DNA of 64,000 nt from a virus. A program made the translations under genes and the position numbers. Below, one piece after another: positions 7,334 through 17,011 of this stretch. How positions within the stretch are numbered: the stretch's first letter is position 1; every line of letters starts with the position of its first letter. Under the pieces are notes generated by a model, which saw only the letters and a list, made by a program, of their open reading frames with translations, did not search any database and was not told the origin of the DNA. The DNA lies in IMG/VR virus record IMGVR_UViG_3300011113_000238, positions 1 to 64,000 of that record. One strand, written 5' to 3'.

Positions 7334-8806
7334 ATGGAAGAACAATTTACACTAGCACCAGCATCTGTCCCACAAGAGCAATTCTTATCGTCTGATTCCA
7401 AGATTACCCTATATGCCGGATCAGCTGGAGCAGGTAAGACGTTCGCTATCATTATTAACCTTGTCAAATTTGCTTTAAAGAAGAACACTACCGCTGTAGT
7501 CTTCCGCAGAACCAGTACGCAGCTTCGGCAGAACGGTGGTATCTGGGATGAAGCTACGATGGTCTTTAAGAAGATGTTTGGTAAGGGTGTTCAGATTCGT
7601 AACAGAGAGATGGAAATATACATCCCTGCTACAAACGCTAAGATTAAGTTCTCGCACCTTCAGTATCAATCGGATATTATGAGTCACCTCGGTGCTCAGT
7701 ACAGTTTGATTATTTTCGATGAAGCTACACTCTTTCCATTTGAGGAAATGATCCTACCGTTGATTGGTCGTTTGCGTAACGCCAATGTGGATTATGTACC
7801 GCAGATGATGTGGGCCACCAACCCAATGTACAATCACGGTATTTATCACTGGATCAAAGAGTTCTACCTTGACGAATACGGTGTACCTTACGATGATAAA
7901 TCAAACGTAGAGCGTTATTTCGTACTGCAGAACAACAAACCGATCTGGTACGACAATCGAAAAGAAGCAGAAGCTATTCACGGTTCCGGTAAGGATTCAC
8001 CTGTTCAAAGCTTCCGAGCAATTAAGGCTCACATCAGTCAGAATATACCTCTGCTGAAAGCTAACCCTGACTATATCGCTAACTTGAAGGCTTTACCTGA
8101 GATTAAGCGAAGAATCTTCCTGGATGGCAGCTGGACTGCTCGTGAGGAAGAAGCCGGTCTGTTTAATCGCACGATGGTTACTATGGTTGACCATCCGAAT
8201 ATCCGAGCTAAGAAAAGAGTTCGTGCGTATGACTTGGCTTCGCAACCTGTATCGACTCAATCTCCGAATCCTGACTGGACTCGTGGGGTATTACTTTCCA
8301 AAGATGATACTGGTATTTATACCGTTGAAGATATTGTTAGCTTGCGAGATAGACCGCACGTTGTGCAGGAACTAATTTACAACACTGCACGGTCAGATGG
8401 TAACTCAACAGTAGTTAGTTATCCTATTGATCCGGGTCAAGCAGGTATCGCACGAGCCAATGAAATGAAAAGAGACTTGGCAGAAATGGGTGTTTCATCT
8501 AAGATGATCCGACCTAATAAATCCAAGCGCAGTCGTTTCCTTGCTTTCTCTGCGATTGCAGAGGCAGGTTTTCTGAATGTAGTCAGAGCGGATTGGAACG
8601 AGGAATTTTTCAATGAACTTGAAGAATTCACAGGATTGAAGCGAGGTGAGCGAGATGATATGTGCGATTGCTGCAGCGATGCTGTGCTAGCGTTGAATCA
8701 GACGTTGGAACTGCCGTCATTCTCCCTCCCAGACCTTAGCATGACACCCACCTATAGCGTAAATCCAAACAGTAGCATCCCATTAAGCGGTGTAACAATC
8801 CCATAA
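7334..8806 (+). CDS. terL: Terminase large subunit
   Basis: Walker A AGSAGAGKT, Walker B LIIFDEA, nuclease motifs RAYDLAS and DDMCD. Confidence 0.95.
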   Translation: MEEQFTLAPASVPQEQFLSSDSKITLYAGSAGAGKTFAIIINLVKFALKKNTTAVVFRRTSTQLRQNGGIWDEATMVFKKMFGKGVQIRNREMEIYIPATNAKIKFSHLQYQSDIMSHLGAQYSLIIFDEATLFPFEEMILPLIGRLRNANVDYVPQMMWATNPMYNHGIYHWIKEFYLDEYGVPYDDKSNVERYFVLQNNKPIWYDNRKEAEAIHGSGKDSPVQSFRAIKAHISQNIPLLKANPDYIANLKALPEIKRRIFLDGSWTAREEEAGLFNRTMVTMVDHPNIRAKKRVRAYDLASQPVSTQSPNPDWTRGVLLSKDDTGIYTVEDIVSLRDRPHVVQELIYNTARSDGNSTVVSYPIDPGQAGIARANEMKRDLAEMGVSSKMIRPNKSKRSRFLAFSAIAEAGFLNVVRADWNEEFFNELEEFTGLKRGERDDMCDCCSDAVLALNQTLELPSFSLPDLSMTPTYSVNPNSSIPLSGVTIP

Positions 8807-8823
8807 TTAAAGGAGCCTAACTA

Positions 8824-10320
8824 ATGGCTATAACAAAACAAAATCAAACAACCGCTCAATCGGCTCAAGCCGTTGAAAAAGCTGTTGCACCTCTAGATAA
8901 ACCAGAGCGCTTTCAGTTAGGTTCCGTTGGTTACTCGGGCTTGCAATTGTTTAACGGAGTGAGCAACGAGGAAATGAAGCAAGAGCTAAACTTCCCTCGT
9001 TCCGTTTACACCTACAAAGAAATGAGCTATCACTCAGCAATTAACTCATGCTTGTCTTTGTATGACAATCTAATCAGTAAGGTTGACTGGCGAGTAATCC
9101 CTCCCAAGGATGCAACTGACGAAGAAAAGAAACAAACGGAATTCATCAATGAGTGCTTGGGTGATATGGATCATTCCTTCCGTGACTTCATCAAGGATGC
9201 TCTGAGTTCAAACATTTACGGTTTCTCCGTGCATGAGAAAGTCTTCCGCAAGCGCACAAAGACAAACGGTAGTCTTTACGATGACGGTAAGATTGCTCTG
9301 AAGAAGCTAGCCCTACGGCACCAAGAGAGTATCACAAAGTTCATATACGATAGAGAAGGTAATGAAATCCTTGGTGTTGAGCAGAATACGTCCAGTGTTA
9401 ACTCCATGCGTTATGCAAGCAGTGCTCAGAAGAATCGCGTAGTACTGCCCAAGAGTAAGTTCGTTCACATTACCGTAGGTCGCAATCGCGGTGATCCATT
9501 TGGTAAATCCCCGTTGCGTGATGTGTATCTCGCATGGCGATACCTTACAGTCATCCAAGAGATTGAAGCAGCGGGTGTAGCTCGTGATCTGCAAGGTCTA
9601 CCTGTACTGGAGATTCCAGCGCAGTATATGTCCGCTGATGCCAGCCCCGAGCAGAAGGCAATCTACGAGAACTTCAAGAATATCATTCGCAACATTCAGA
9701 ATAACTCCCAATCAGGTATTATTCTCCCAAGTGCTCACGATCCTGAAACTCGTACTAAACTCTTCTCGTTGACACTCCTGAATTCCGATGGTAAGAAATC
9801 CTTCGATACAGGTAAGGTTAAAGAGTTCTATCAGAATCAGATTTACACGGGGCTTTTTGGGGATGTGCTTGTACTCGGTCAAGGCGGAGTGGGTTCTTTT
9901 GCGCTTGGTCAAATTAAGAACAGTTTGACTGGTTCCTACGTGGAGAGTATGTTGGATGGTTTGGTTGAAACTTTCAACCGTGATGTGATCCGTCAACTGT
10001 ACGAACTGAATGGTTTCAACCCCGCTCGTGCTTGTTCGTTGGATTACGAAAACCTTCACACTATCGACATGGAAACAGTTAGTAAATTCTGGCAACGTGT
10101 TGCTTCTACAGGTATGGTTGAAAAAGACCGTGCAGTACTTAATGCAGTTAGAACTGCCGCAGGACTGGATGCGTTACCTGACGATCTTCCTCCGCAGGAT
10201 GATCTACTGACAGATAGCACGACGAGAGCCGGTGACGGATTCGCAACCGCTGGAGAAGGTACATCGACCTCCGTGACAGGAGCTGATAGCAGTAGTCTTA
10301 ACCAAGATAATGCAGCATAA
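8824..10320 (+). CDS. Portal protein
   Basis: Follows TerL; 498 aa; YGFSVHEKV, PFGKSPLR and GSFALG motifs of DUF935-like portals. Confidence 0.9.
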   Translation: MAITKQNQTTAQSAQAVEKAVAPLDKPERFQLGSVGYSGLQLFNGVSNEEMKQELNFPRSVYTYKEMSYHSAINSCLSLYDNLISKVDWRVIPPKDATDEEKKQTEFINECLGDMDHSFRDFIKDALSSNIYGFSVHEKVFRKRTKTNGSLYDDGKIALKKLALRHQESITKFIYDREGNEILGVEQNTSSVNSMRYASSAQKNRVVLPKSKFVHITVGRNRGDPFGKSPLRDVYLAWRYLTVIQEIEAAGVARDLQGLPVLEIPAQYMSADASPEQKAIYENFKNIIRNIQNNSQSGIILPSAHDPETRTKLFSLTLLNSDGKKSFDTGKVKEFYQNQIYTGLFGDVLVLGQGGVGSFALGQIKNSLTGSYVESMLDGLVETFNRDVIRQLYELNGFNPARACSLDYENLHTIDMETVSKFWQRVASTGMVEKDRAVLNAVRTAAGLDALPDDLPPQDDLLTDSTTRAGDGFATAGEGTSTSVTGADSSSLNQDNAA

Positions 10321-10333
10321 ATAGGAGGTAGCA

Positions 10334-11215
10334 TTGCAAATGACAATAATTAAATACAACCTGCAAGAGCTACCTCCGGCTATCTTAAATAAATCCCTGA
10401 GAGCCAAGCAAGCCTTTCTCTCGGGCTATACCTCCGCAATCAACCGAGGTTTAACTGACGATGAATCTTACTTCTCGGGATTATCTCAGGCTACTGCAGT
10501 AGAACGCACCGAGAAGGCTCAGAAACAACCCTTGGAGCCGATTAAACCTAAAGTACCACAGCACGTAGCCATGTTGCTGGAAAAGCGCTCTGAGGTCGCT
10601 ACAGCGCTTCCTAGTGTTGCTCCTAGGATTAAACAGGAGTTCCTTGGTAAGAATGCACTAGTACCTGATTCAGAACGAAGTTTAGTTTCTGCTACTTGGG
10701 ATAAGAACGGACGTTTGTTGCTGCAGTTTGATGATGGTCAAAAGATCGTTACTGACCCAGTACCTGTCTCGGAGAATATCGAGCAGTATGTGTCGATTAG
10801 TGCAGGTTCATCTTCTGGTGCATCGGCTAGTACTCTGGACGAATTGACTGATGTACAGATAACTAATCCTCAGCAAGATCAAGTCCTAGCGTATAACGCA
10901 AGTACTAACATCTGGGAAAATAAAGCTCAACAAGCTGTATATACGGATGTTACTTTGCAGAAGACTGCTGCCGAAACTGCCAGCACAAGTATTAATTTCA
11001 GCAACCGCTTGCAGCAAGGTGAGATCGTAGTTAGTACAACTTCTGTACTAGCGTCACCTTCTGGTTTAACAATACTCGATATAACCAACACAAGTACCAA
11101 CGCTGTATTTAAGATAGTTGGAGGTACTCTGCTCCAAGGGTATCAGATTGACATAACTGTCCTTACCTCTCTATCAAACTCACTCACTGCTCGGATATAC
11201 CTACTGATTATCTAG
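10334..11215 (+). CDS. Head-associated hypothetical protein with ChaB-like N-terminus
   Basis: YNLQELPPAI...AKQAFLSGYTSA resembles ChaB; LDELTDVQITNPQQDQVLAYN fibre-type motif; start probably the ATG at 10340. Confidence 0.5.
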   Translation: MQMTIIKYNLQELPPAILNKSLRAKQAFLSGYTSAINRGLTDDESYFSGLSQATAVERTEKAQKQPLEPIKPKVPQHVAMLLEKRSEVATALPSVAPRIKQEFLGKNALVPDSERSLVSATWDKNGRLLLQFDDGQKIVTDPVPVSENIEQYVSISAGSSSGASASTLDELTDVQITNPQQDQVLAYNASTNIWENKAQQAVYTDVTLQKTAAETASTSINFSNRLQQGEIVVSTTSVLASPSGLTILDITNTSTNAVFKIVGGTLLQGYQIDITVLTSLSNSLTARIYLLII

Positions 11216-11235
11216 CATAACAAAAAGGAAATTAC

Positions 11236-11601
11236 ATGATTACATATTCAACTGCAGTTAAGAACAGCCGACTGAGCGCTGTGGTTACCGCCATTGGTAC
11301 TACAGGTGTACTAGAAATTGGTACTGCTGGCATGGCAGCTATCTTGGCGACTATCCCTCTTGCTAACCCCGCTGGTACTGTTAACGCTGGTGTGCTGACG
11401 TTTACTACTCCTGCTTCTGACACGTCTGCAGATAGCACAGGTACTGCTGCCGCTGCTCGTATTCGTACAGCTACAGGTGGTACTGACGTTATCACAGGAT
11501 TGACCGTAGGTTTGAGTGGTACTGACATTGTACTTGACTCCGTTAGTATTACCACTGGTCAGACTGTCACAATTACTTCTGCAACCATTACTCACGCTTA
11601 A
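11236..11601 (+). CDS. Probable virion structural protein
   Basis: Thr/Ala/Gly-rich beta-type sequence, AAGGA RBS, within the head module. Confidence 0.6.
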   Translation: MITYSTAVKNSRLSAVVTAIGTTGVLEIGTAGMAAILATIPLANPAGTVNAGVLTFTTPASDTSADSTGTAAAARIRTATGGTDVITGLTVGLSGTDIVLDSVSITTGQTVTITSATITHA

Positions 11602-11603
11602 TT

Positions 11604-12533
11604 ATGACTATTAAACATTCTTATGTGGCTACAGGTACTAATGATGCGACAAAGCAAGTATCTGTGGATCGCTGGAATAGTGAACATACGATTACTGCAG
11701 AGCTTGATTTACCAAGTATTACTACTCCAGTAGCTCCCATAGCTACTCAGATTTCATTGTTTGGTCAGAATAGAGCAGGTAAAATGCTACTTGCTCAACT
11801 TGGACCTACTGGATCAGATAGTATTCTACAGACTAGTTTTGCTAGTAATAGAATTGGTCTGTGGCAACCTCCGGGAAATACTACAACTACACCTATTGTT
11901 GACGGTATCAATGCTATGACAGCATTGGGTACAGCTACGGCAAGAGTTGTAGCGGCTACCAACTTCGCAACACGATTACTCCGTTTGGGGTATGTCTCTG
12001 TAGCCACTGCAGCAGGTTTCTGCGGAATCAGGGAAGCACAGAGCAAGTACACAACCGGTGCCGGTACAGGATTAGGTGGTTTCTTCTACCGTCTGCGCTT
12101 CGTTCCGAGTAATGCCGCTGCTGTTGCTGGTGAGCGTATGTTTGCTGGTCTATGGTCCAACACTGCTGCACCAACTAACGTAGAACCAAATACTCTCACA
12201 AATTGCGCAGGTATCTGTCAATTGAGTACTAGTAATAACCTGTTTGTATATGCTGCTGGCGCATCCGCAAGTACTGCTGTTGATCTTGGTGCTAACTTTC
12301 CAGCTAACGGTCTGAGTACTGACGCTTACGAATTTGCAATGTTTGCCCCAGCCAGCGGTGGTATTCAATGGCAAGTATGGCGTCTAGGTACAGCGTTTAC
12401 AGCGTCTGGCACGTTCGCATCCGTGCCAACTAGTTCTACCTTCTTGGGTCATCAGATTTGGAAAACTAATAATGCCACTGCTCTTGCTGTAGGTATGGAC
12501 ATTTCTTCCATCTATATTGAGACTGACAACTAA
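11604..12533 (+). CDS. Probable virion structural or fibre-tip protein
   Basis: Beta-rich, Ala/Thr/Gly-rich, tightly coupled to its neighbours. Confidence 0.55.
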   Translation: MTIKHSYVATGTNDATKQVSVDRWNSEHTITAELDLPSITTPVAPIATQISLFGQNRAGKMLLAQLGPTGSDSILQTSFASNRIGLWQPPGNTTTTPIVDGINAMTALGTATARVVAATNFATRLLRLGYVSVATAAGFCGIREAQSKYTTGAGTGLGGFFYRLRFVPSNAAAVAGERMFAGLWSNTAAPTNVEPNTLTNCAGICQLSTSNNLFVYAAGASASTAVDLGANFPANGLSTDAYEFAMFAPASGGIQWQVWRLGTAFTASGTFASVPTSSTFLGHQIWKTNNATALAVGMDISSIYIETDN

Positions 12534-12551
12534 TAAATAGCAAGGGTTCAA

Positions 12552-13736
12552 ATGCAAACTTCATTATTTGATAGCGCAGTATTTGATCCTGCTATATTCG
12601 GTGGAACTGGCGCTGTTACATTTGATAGTGCTGTATTCGATGCTGCTATCTTTGAAACCGCAGGTTCAGCACCAGTAGGTGCGTCAGGTACTCTGCAAGC
12701 TACCGAAGTCAATGATAGTATAACTTCACAAGCTAAGGTTGTAGTAAAGGGTTCTTTAATACGAACTGAGGCAACCGATACCTTTCAATCTCAGGGTGAT
12801 GTAATCGTCAGAGGTTTCATTAACCAGACTGAGGTTGCGGATAGTATTTCTGCTGCAGCTAAGTTAGTTGTAAAAGGCACTCTACAAGGAACTGAAAATA
12901 ACGATAACGCAATATCTGCAGGTAAGCTAACTGTCAAAGGTACTGTTAATCGCACAGAGGATGGTGATAGTATTTCTGCCAATGGCAGTGTAATAGCTAT
13001 CCCTGTAGTTGCATCGGGTAGTTTATCTGCTACCGAGGCTATGGATAGTTTCCAAAGCACGGTTAAATTGCATGTCAAGGGTTCGTTATCCAGAAGTGAA
13101 TCCTCCGATACCGCAGCAGTAAATGCCAAGGTAATCGTAAAAGGCGCACTAAACAGAGGCGAATCGGTTGACGTTGCAGCATTTACTGCTAAAGTCACTG
13201 TTAAAGGTGGCATTAGTAGAACAGAATCTCCTGACGTTATTAGCTCATTCGCTAAGTTGCAAGTTAAAGCTAACGCTAACCTGACAGAGCAGTCTGATTC
13301 GTTTCAAGGTAATGCTGGTTCTACAACTAACGGGGTACTGAGTGCTACTGAGGCTAAGGATACAGCAAGTATTCAAGCTGCTGTACGTATTAGAGGTTCT
13401 ATAGTTCGTTCTGAAGGTGTTGATAGCTCTCTAGTTCAAGGTAAGGTCACCGTAAAGGGCATCGCTGCAGCAAACGAGTCGCAGGATAGTTTCTCCGCTG
13501 CGTCTGACGTGATAATCAAAGGTTCTGTTAACGCAACAGAGTCCAGTGATTCCGTTCAGTCCTTGGGTAAGGTTGTTGTCCGCGCTTCGTTGAACGCAAC
13601 AGAATCCAGTGATTCGTTTAGTGCAGGAAGTAGGTTAGTCGAATATGAAGTGATTTTGCGCAGGATAGTATATCAGAGTGCAAGTCAAGAGTTAGTACTT
13701 CCTGCGAATAACAGAGTTGTACTTCTCGCAGCATGA
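12552..13736 (+). CDS. Repeat-rich fibre-like structural protein
   Basis: About 15 copies of a ~21-aa repeat (G.L..TE..D......V.VK) and a duplicated FDSAVFD.AIF N-terminus. Confidence 0.65.
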   Translation: MQTSLFDSAVFDPAIFGGTGAVTFDSAVFDAAIFETAGSAPVGASGTLQATEVNDSITSQAKVVVKGSLIRTEATDTFQSQGDVIVRGFINQTEVADSISAAAKLVVKGTLQGTENNDNAISAGKLTVKGTVNRTEDGDSISANGSVIAIPVVASGSLSATEAMDSFQSTVKLHVKGSLSRSESSDTAAVNAKVIVKGALNRGESVDVAAFTAKVTVKGGISRTESPDVISSFAKLQVKANANLTEQSDSFQGNAGSTTNGVLSATEAKDTASIQAAVRIRGSIVRSEGVDSSLVQGKVTVKGIAAANESQDSFSAASDVIIKGSVNATESSDSVQSLGKVVVRASLNATESSDSFSAGSRLVEYEVILRRIVYQSASQELVLPANNRVVLLAA

Positions 13737-14062
13737 CAGAACTATCGTATTCAGCATTACCTTTAAATAAGTACAGCAGAATTTACACAAGATTAATCCA
13801 AGATAGGTTACACGCGGTGCATCACAAAGGTCTAACCGAAGCCCACCATGTGTTCCCTGTCTGTGTATTCGGTGATAACCATATCAAGGTCAACCTGACT
13901 CACCGAGAGCATTACGTAAGTCATCTGCTGCTTTATCGGATGTATCTGCAAAGGTATAACCCCAAGCAAGTATACGTTAAACGCCTTAAGAAAGTGCTGG
14001 ATTACTACCGAAGTACTGGTTGTAGAAACTCCAGAGAGTACGCTCAGGGTAAATCGAAATAG
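13733..14062 (+). CDS. Short MobE-like HNH endonuclease
   Basis: EAHHVFP...NLTHREHYVSHLLL. Confidence 0.7.
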   Translation: MTELSYSALPLNKYSRIYTRLIQDRLHAVHHKGLTEAHHVFPVCVFGDNHIKVNLTHREHYVSHLLLYRMYLQRYNPKQVYVKRLKKVLDYYRSTGCRNSREYAQGKSK

Positions 14063-14081
14063 TCCGATTATATCAGTTCAC

Positions 14082-14110
14082 TTGACTTCACGATGTAACT
14101 GTGATATAAT
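14082..14110 (+). promoter_or_regulatory. Sigma70-type promoter
   Basis: TTGACT-17-TATAAT with extended TG; overlapped by inverted repeat ATTATATCA/TGATATAAT. Confidence 0.8.
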
Positions 14111-14141
14111 TATTATTAAGTTTGATTGAAATAAGGGTTCT

Positions 14142-14909
14142 ATGGACAATAAAGAAAACAAAATGTATAGACCTACTCAAGCTATTCAGAACAACGCTAT
14201 CAGAGGTATCAACCTTCTGAAGCAATCTAAGTCTCTTAGTGCTGAATCAGTTCTGAATAGAACTAGTGCGCTATACGAGAGTATTACCAAGAGTGAATGC
14301 TCCTTGGATGACGTAAAGAAACTCTACGTTTACTTGGTTAAAGCTGAAGAAAGCTACGACCCAATGAAACGAGTAGAAGGTGGTGGTTTAACTGCTGAGT
14401 CTGCTGCGTTTCTAGCTGCCGGTGGTACTAGCGCTTTAGCTTGGAGTCGAATGATCCTCAAGCAAGCAGGTATCCTGAAGAGTTATCGCAAAGAGATTAC
14501 GGAAGAACAGATTAATAAAGAGGACGAGCTAAAAGGAATTAATCTTCCTATTAGTAAGGCTGTGAATGAAGAGTTGATGCAGGTTACTTATGTAGTAATG
14601 ATTCCTGAAGAGGCCGACATGCATGGCGATGAAACTTCCATAGCTGAAGTTCGCAAAGCGTGTCATAACTTCAATCAGCACTGCATGAAAGCTAACTTGT
14701 TTCACATGGTTGAAACTGATACGTTTTCCATAATCGAAAGTTACATTGCACCTGTAGATTTTATCCTGAATGAACACCTCGTTAAGGCTGGTACTTGGCT
14801 CTGCACGTTGCAAGTCACAGATGATACCGTCTGGTCGTTAATTAAGAGTGGTGAAATCTGTGCAGTATCTATCGGTGCTGTGGCATCTGTAGAGGTTGTG
14901 AATGAATAA
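14142..14909 (+). CDS. XkdF-like putative prohead protease
   Basis: PEEADMHGD, ANLFH, IIESYIAP, KAGTWL and IKSGEI..SIG motifs. Confidence 0.8.
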   Translation: MDNKENKMYRPTQAIQNNAIRGINLLKQSKSLSAESVLNRTSALYESITKSECSLDDVKKLYVYLVKAEESYDPMKRVEGGGLTAESAAFLAAGGTSALAWSRMILKQAGILKSYRKEITEEQINKEDELKGINLPISKAVNEELMQVTYVVMIPEEADMHGDETSIAEVRKACHNFNQHCMKANLFHMVETDTFSIIESYIAPVDFILNEHLVKAGTWLCTLQVTDDTVWSLIKSGEICAVSIGAVASVEVVNE

Positions 14910-15522
14910 ATTTTACGTGTACGTTCATCGTCGATTGTCCGATAACAAACCATTCTACGTGGGCAAGGGGTCCGATAATCGCGCTTGGGATTTTAGTGGT
15001 AGAAATAATTACTGGAAAAGCGTTGCCAATAAACATGGTGTTATTGTTGAAGTAGTTTTTGACAACTTGAAAGAAGCTGAGGCATTTCAGTGCGAAAAGG
15101 ACACTATAACTGAATTTAAATACTTCGGTTATGCTCTAACTAACTTAACTGACGGTGGCGAAGGTCCATGTGGACTGCAGTTTACAGACGAACAGCGACT
15201 ACGAATTGGTGATTCACTACGAGGTAGGACTCCTTGGAATAAGGGTCTTAAATTACCTGACACAAAGGTATATCAGTACTCGGAAGAACACAGAGAAAAG
15301 TTTAGACAAGCAAAACTAGGTGTATTCAAGGGGGATAAAAATCCATTCGCTGATAAAAACGAATACACATTCATACGACTATCTGACGGCTTTGAAATAA
15401 CCTGTACAAGGCAGTATCTTGTGACGCACTTCGGTGTAGACGGTGGCCTGATTAAGAAGTTATTTTACAAAACTAACCCTCGCAAATCAGCTAGTGGTTG
15501 GAAAAGGAAAGGTACAACATGA
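14902..15522 (+). CDS. GIY-YIG homing endonuclease with NUMOD3-like repeats
   Basis: FYVYVHRR...PFYVGKG..R, NLTDGGEG, TPWNKG, SEEHREK. Confidence 0.85.
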   Translation: MNKFYVYVHRRLSDNKPFYVGKGSDNRAWDFSGRNNYWKSVANKHGVIVEVVFDNLKEAEAFQCEKDTITEFKYFGYALTNLTDGGEGPCGLQFTDEQRLRIGDSLRGRTPWNKGLKLPDTKVYQYSEEHREKFRQAKLGVFKGDKNPFADKNEYTFIRLSDGFEITCTRQYLVTHFGVDGGLIKKLFYKTNPRKSASGWKRKGTT

Positions 15523-16544
15523 CTGAAAAACGCAAAACAAAGAGAAATCTAAAGTCCATTGATTTCAGTGCAGAAGGTGCACACTTGGCTCTAGTCTCTA
15601 AGGAGCAAGGTGGCGGTGCAAATGGCGCAAACTATTCTTTGGTTCTAAAATCGACTGCACAGTTTCCAGACGACTTTGTAGAGAAAGCAACAAAGATCAA
15701 GGTCACAATGGAGATCGAAGAATTCCTCCAAACCTTCTACGGACTATACCATGACGAAGCAGAAGTTCTAGCTCGTGCTCTTGGTTTTGATACCGCTAAA
15801 GAAGATATGGACGAATCTGACGTTGCTAGTTATGAAGACTACATTACATCTAAAGTAGAAGCTATCGAAGTACTCAAGTCTCTATATGACGCTGAGAGTA
15901 TCCCAGATGTACTATCTACTCTAACTCCCGATCAATATCTCTCGATGCTCAATGATCAAGCTAAACTTGAAAAAGCATTTAAGAAGATCGAGAAAGAAAA
16001 GAATTCCGCAGTAGCTCCTATAGCTGCAGCAGATGAAGGCTCAACCGAAGCCGTAGCGAAAGCTGAACAATCGGATGAAAAGACTGAAGCGAAGGTTGAA
16101 CCTTCTGAAACCGTTAATAAAGGAAAAAGTATGACCAAAGAAGTCAAAGCAGAACCGCAAGTAGCGTCTGTAGAGATGGTTGAGAAATCGGCTTTGGAAT
16201 CCATTCAGAAACAGATGGAAGACCAAAAAGTCGAATTGCAGAAAGCTCTTGATCTAGTCAAAGCGTTTGAAGCAGAAAAGAAAGAAGCTGTGCGTAAAGC
16301 ACGTTTCGAGCAAGTCAAAGGTGCTGTGAAGGATGAAGCTAAGGCTGAAGTTCTGTTCAAGGCTGCTGGCTTGGTTGAAGATGAATCCGAGTTCCAAGCT
16401 GTTGTGAAAGCTCTCTCCGAGTTGCAAGCACTGGCTGACAAGTCCGATTTGTTCGTTGAAAAGGGTGTGCAGATTGAAACTGAAGAAGCCCCTAAAGAAT
16501 CTGCTGTAGCGCGAGTTCTCAAGTCCCGCCTCGCTGGTAAATAA
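15519..16544 (+). CDS. Capsid scaffold/assembly protein
   Basis: HLALV...ANG N-terminus and Glu/Lys coiled-coil C-terminus, upstream of head proteins; ATG at 15519 follows an AAGG RBS. Confidence 0.7.
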   Translation: MTEKRKTKRNLKSIDFSAEGAHLALVSKEQGGGANGANYSLVLKSTAQFPDDFVEKATKIKVTMEIEEFLQTFYGLYHDEAEVLARALGFDTAKEDMDESDVASYEDYITSKVEAIEVLKSLYDAESIPDVLSTLTPDQYLSMLNDQAKLEKAFKKIEKEKNSAVAPIAAADEGSTEAVAKAEQSDEKTEAKVEPSETVNKGKSMTKEVKAEPQVASVEMVEKSALESIQKQMEDQKVELQKALDLVKAFEAEKKEAVRKARFEQVKGAVKDEAKAEVLFKAAGLVEDESEFQAVVKALSELQALADKSDLFVEKGVQIETEEAPKESAVARVLKSRLAGK

Positions 16545-16574
16545 TTTAAATAATAATTCACAAAGGAATATAAA

Positions 16575-16973
16575 ATGAGCACTCCACTCTTTACTGAAAA
16601 CTTTCGCTTCAGCAACACTGTAAAAGCTGAACTCTGGCCTGACGCTGGCTATACTCGCGCTGTTGTTACTTACAATGGTACTGCTGGTGAACTGAAAATC
16701 GGCGCTGTGCTGGGTAAGGTTACTGCTAACGGTAAGTACAAAGTCGCTGTTCAATCTGCTGTTGACGGTTCGCAAACTGCTGATGCAATTGTGATTCAAG
16801 AAGTGACCCCTCTGTTGAACACTGACGCTAAAGTTTTGGTGCTGATCAAAGGTCCAGCTATCGTGTCTAAATCTGGTTTGATTCTGGATGCAACATACAA
16901 CGACGACACTAAGCGCGGTGTGGTGTACGCATCTTTGGAAGCCAAGGGTATCCAAGTTAACGACGCTGTTTAA
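16575..16973 (+). CDS. Head decoration protein (lambda gpD-like)
   Basis: GAVLGKVTANGKY...DGSQTADAI; directly upstream of the capsid gene. Confidence 0.85.
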   Translation: MSTPLFTENFRFSNTVKAELWPDAGYTRAVVTYNGTAGELKIGAVLGKVTANGKYKVAVQSAVDGSQTADAIVIQEVTPLLNTDAKVLVLIKGPAIVSKSGLILDATYNDDTKRGVVYASLEAKGIQVNDAV

Positions 16974-17011
16974 TATCCGCAACCAACAATAATAAATAAG
17001 GAAAATATATC

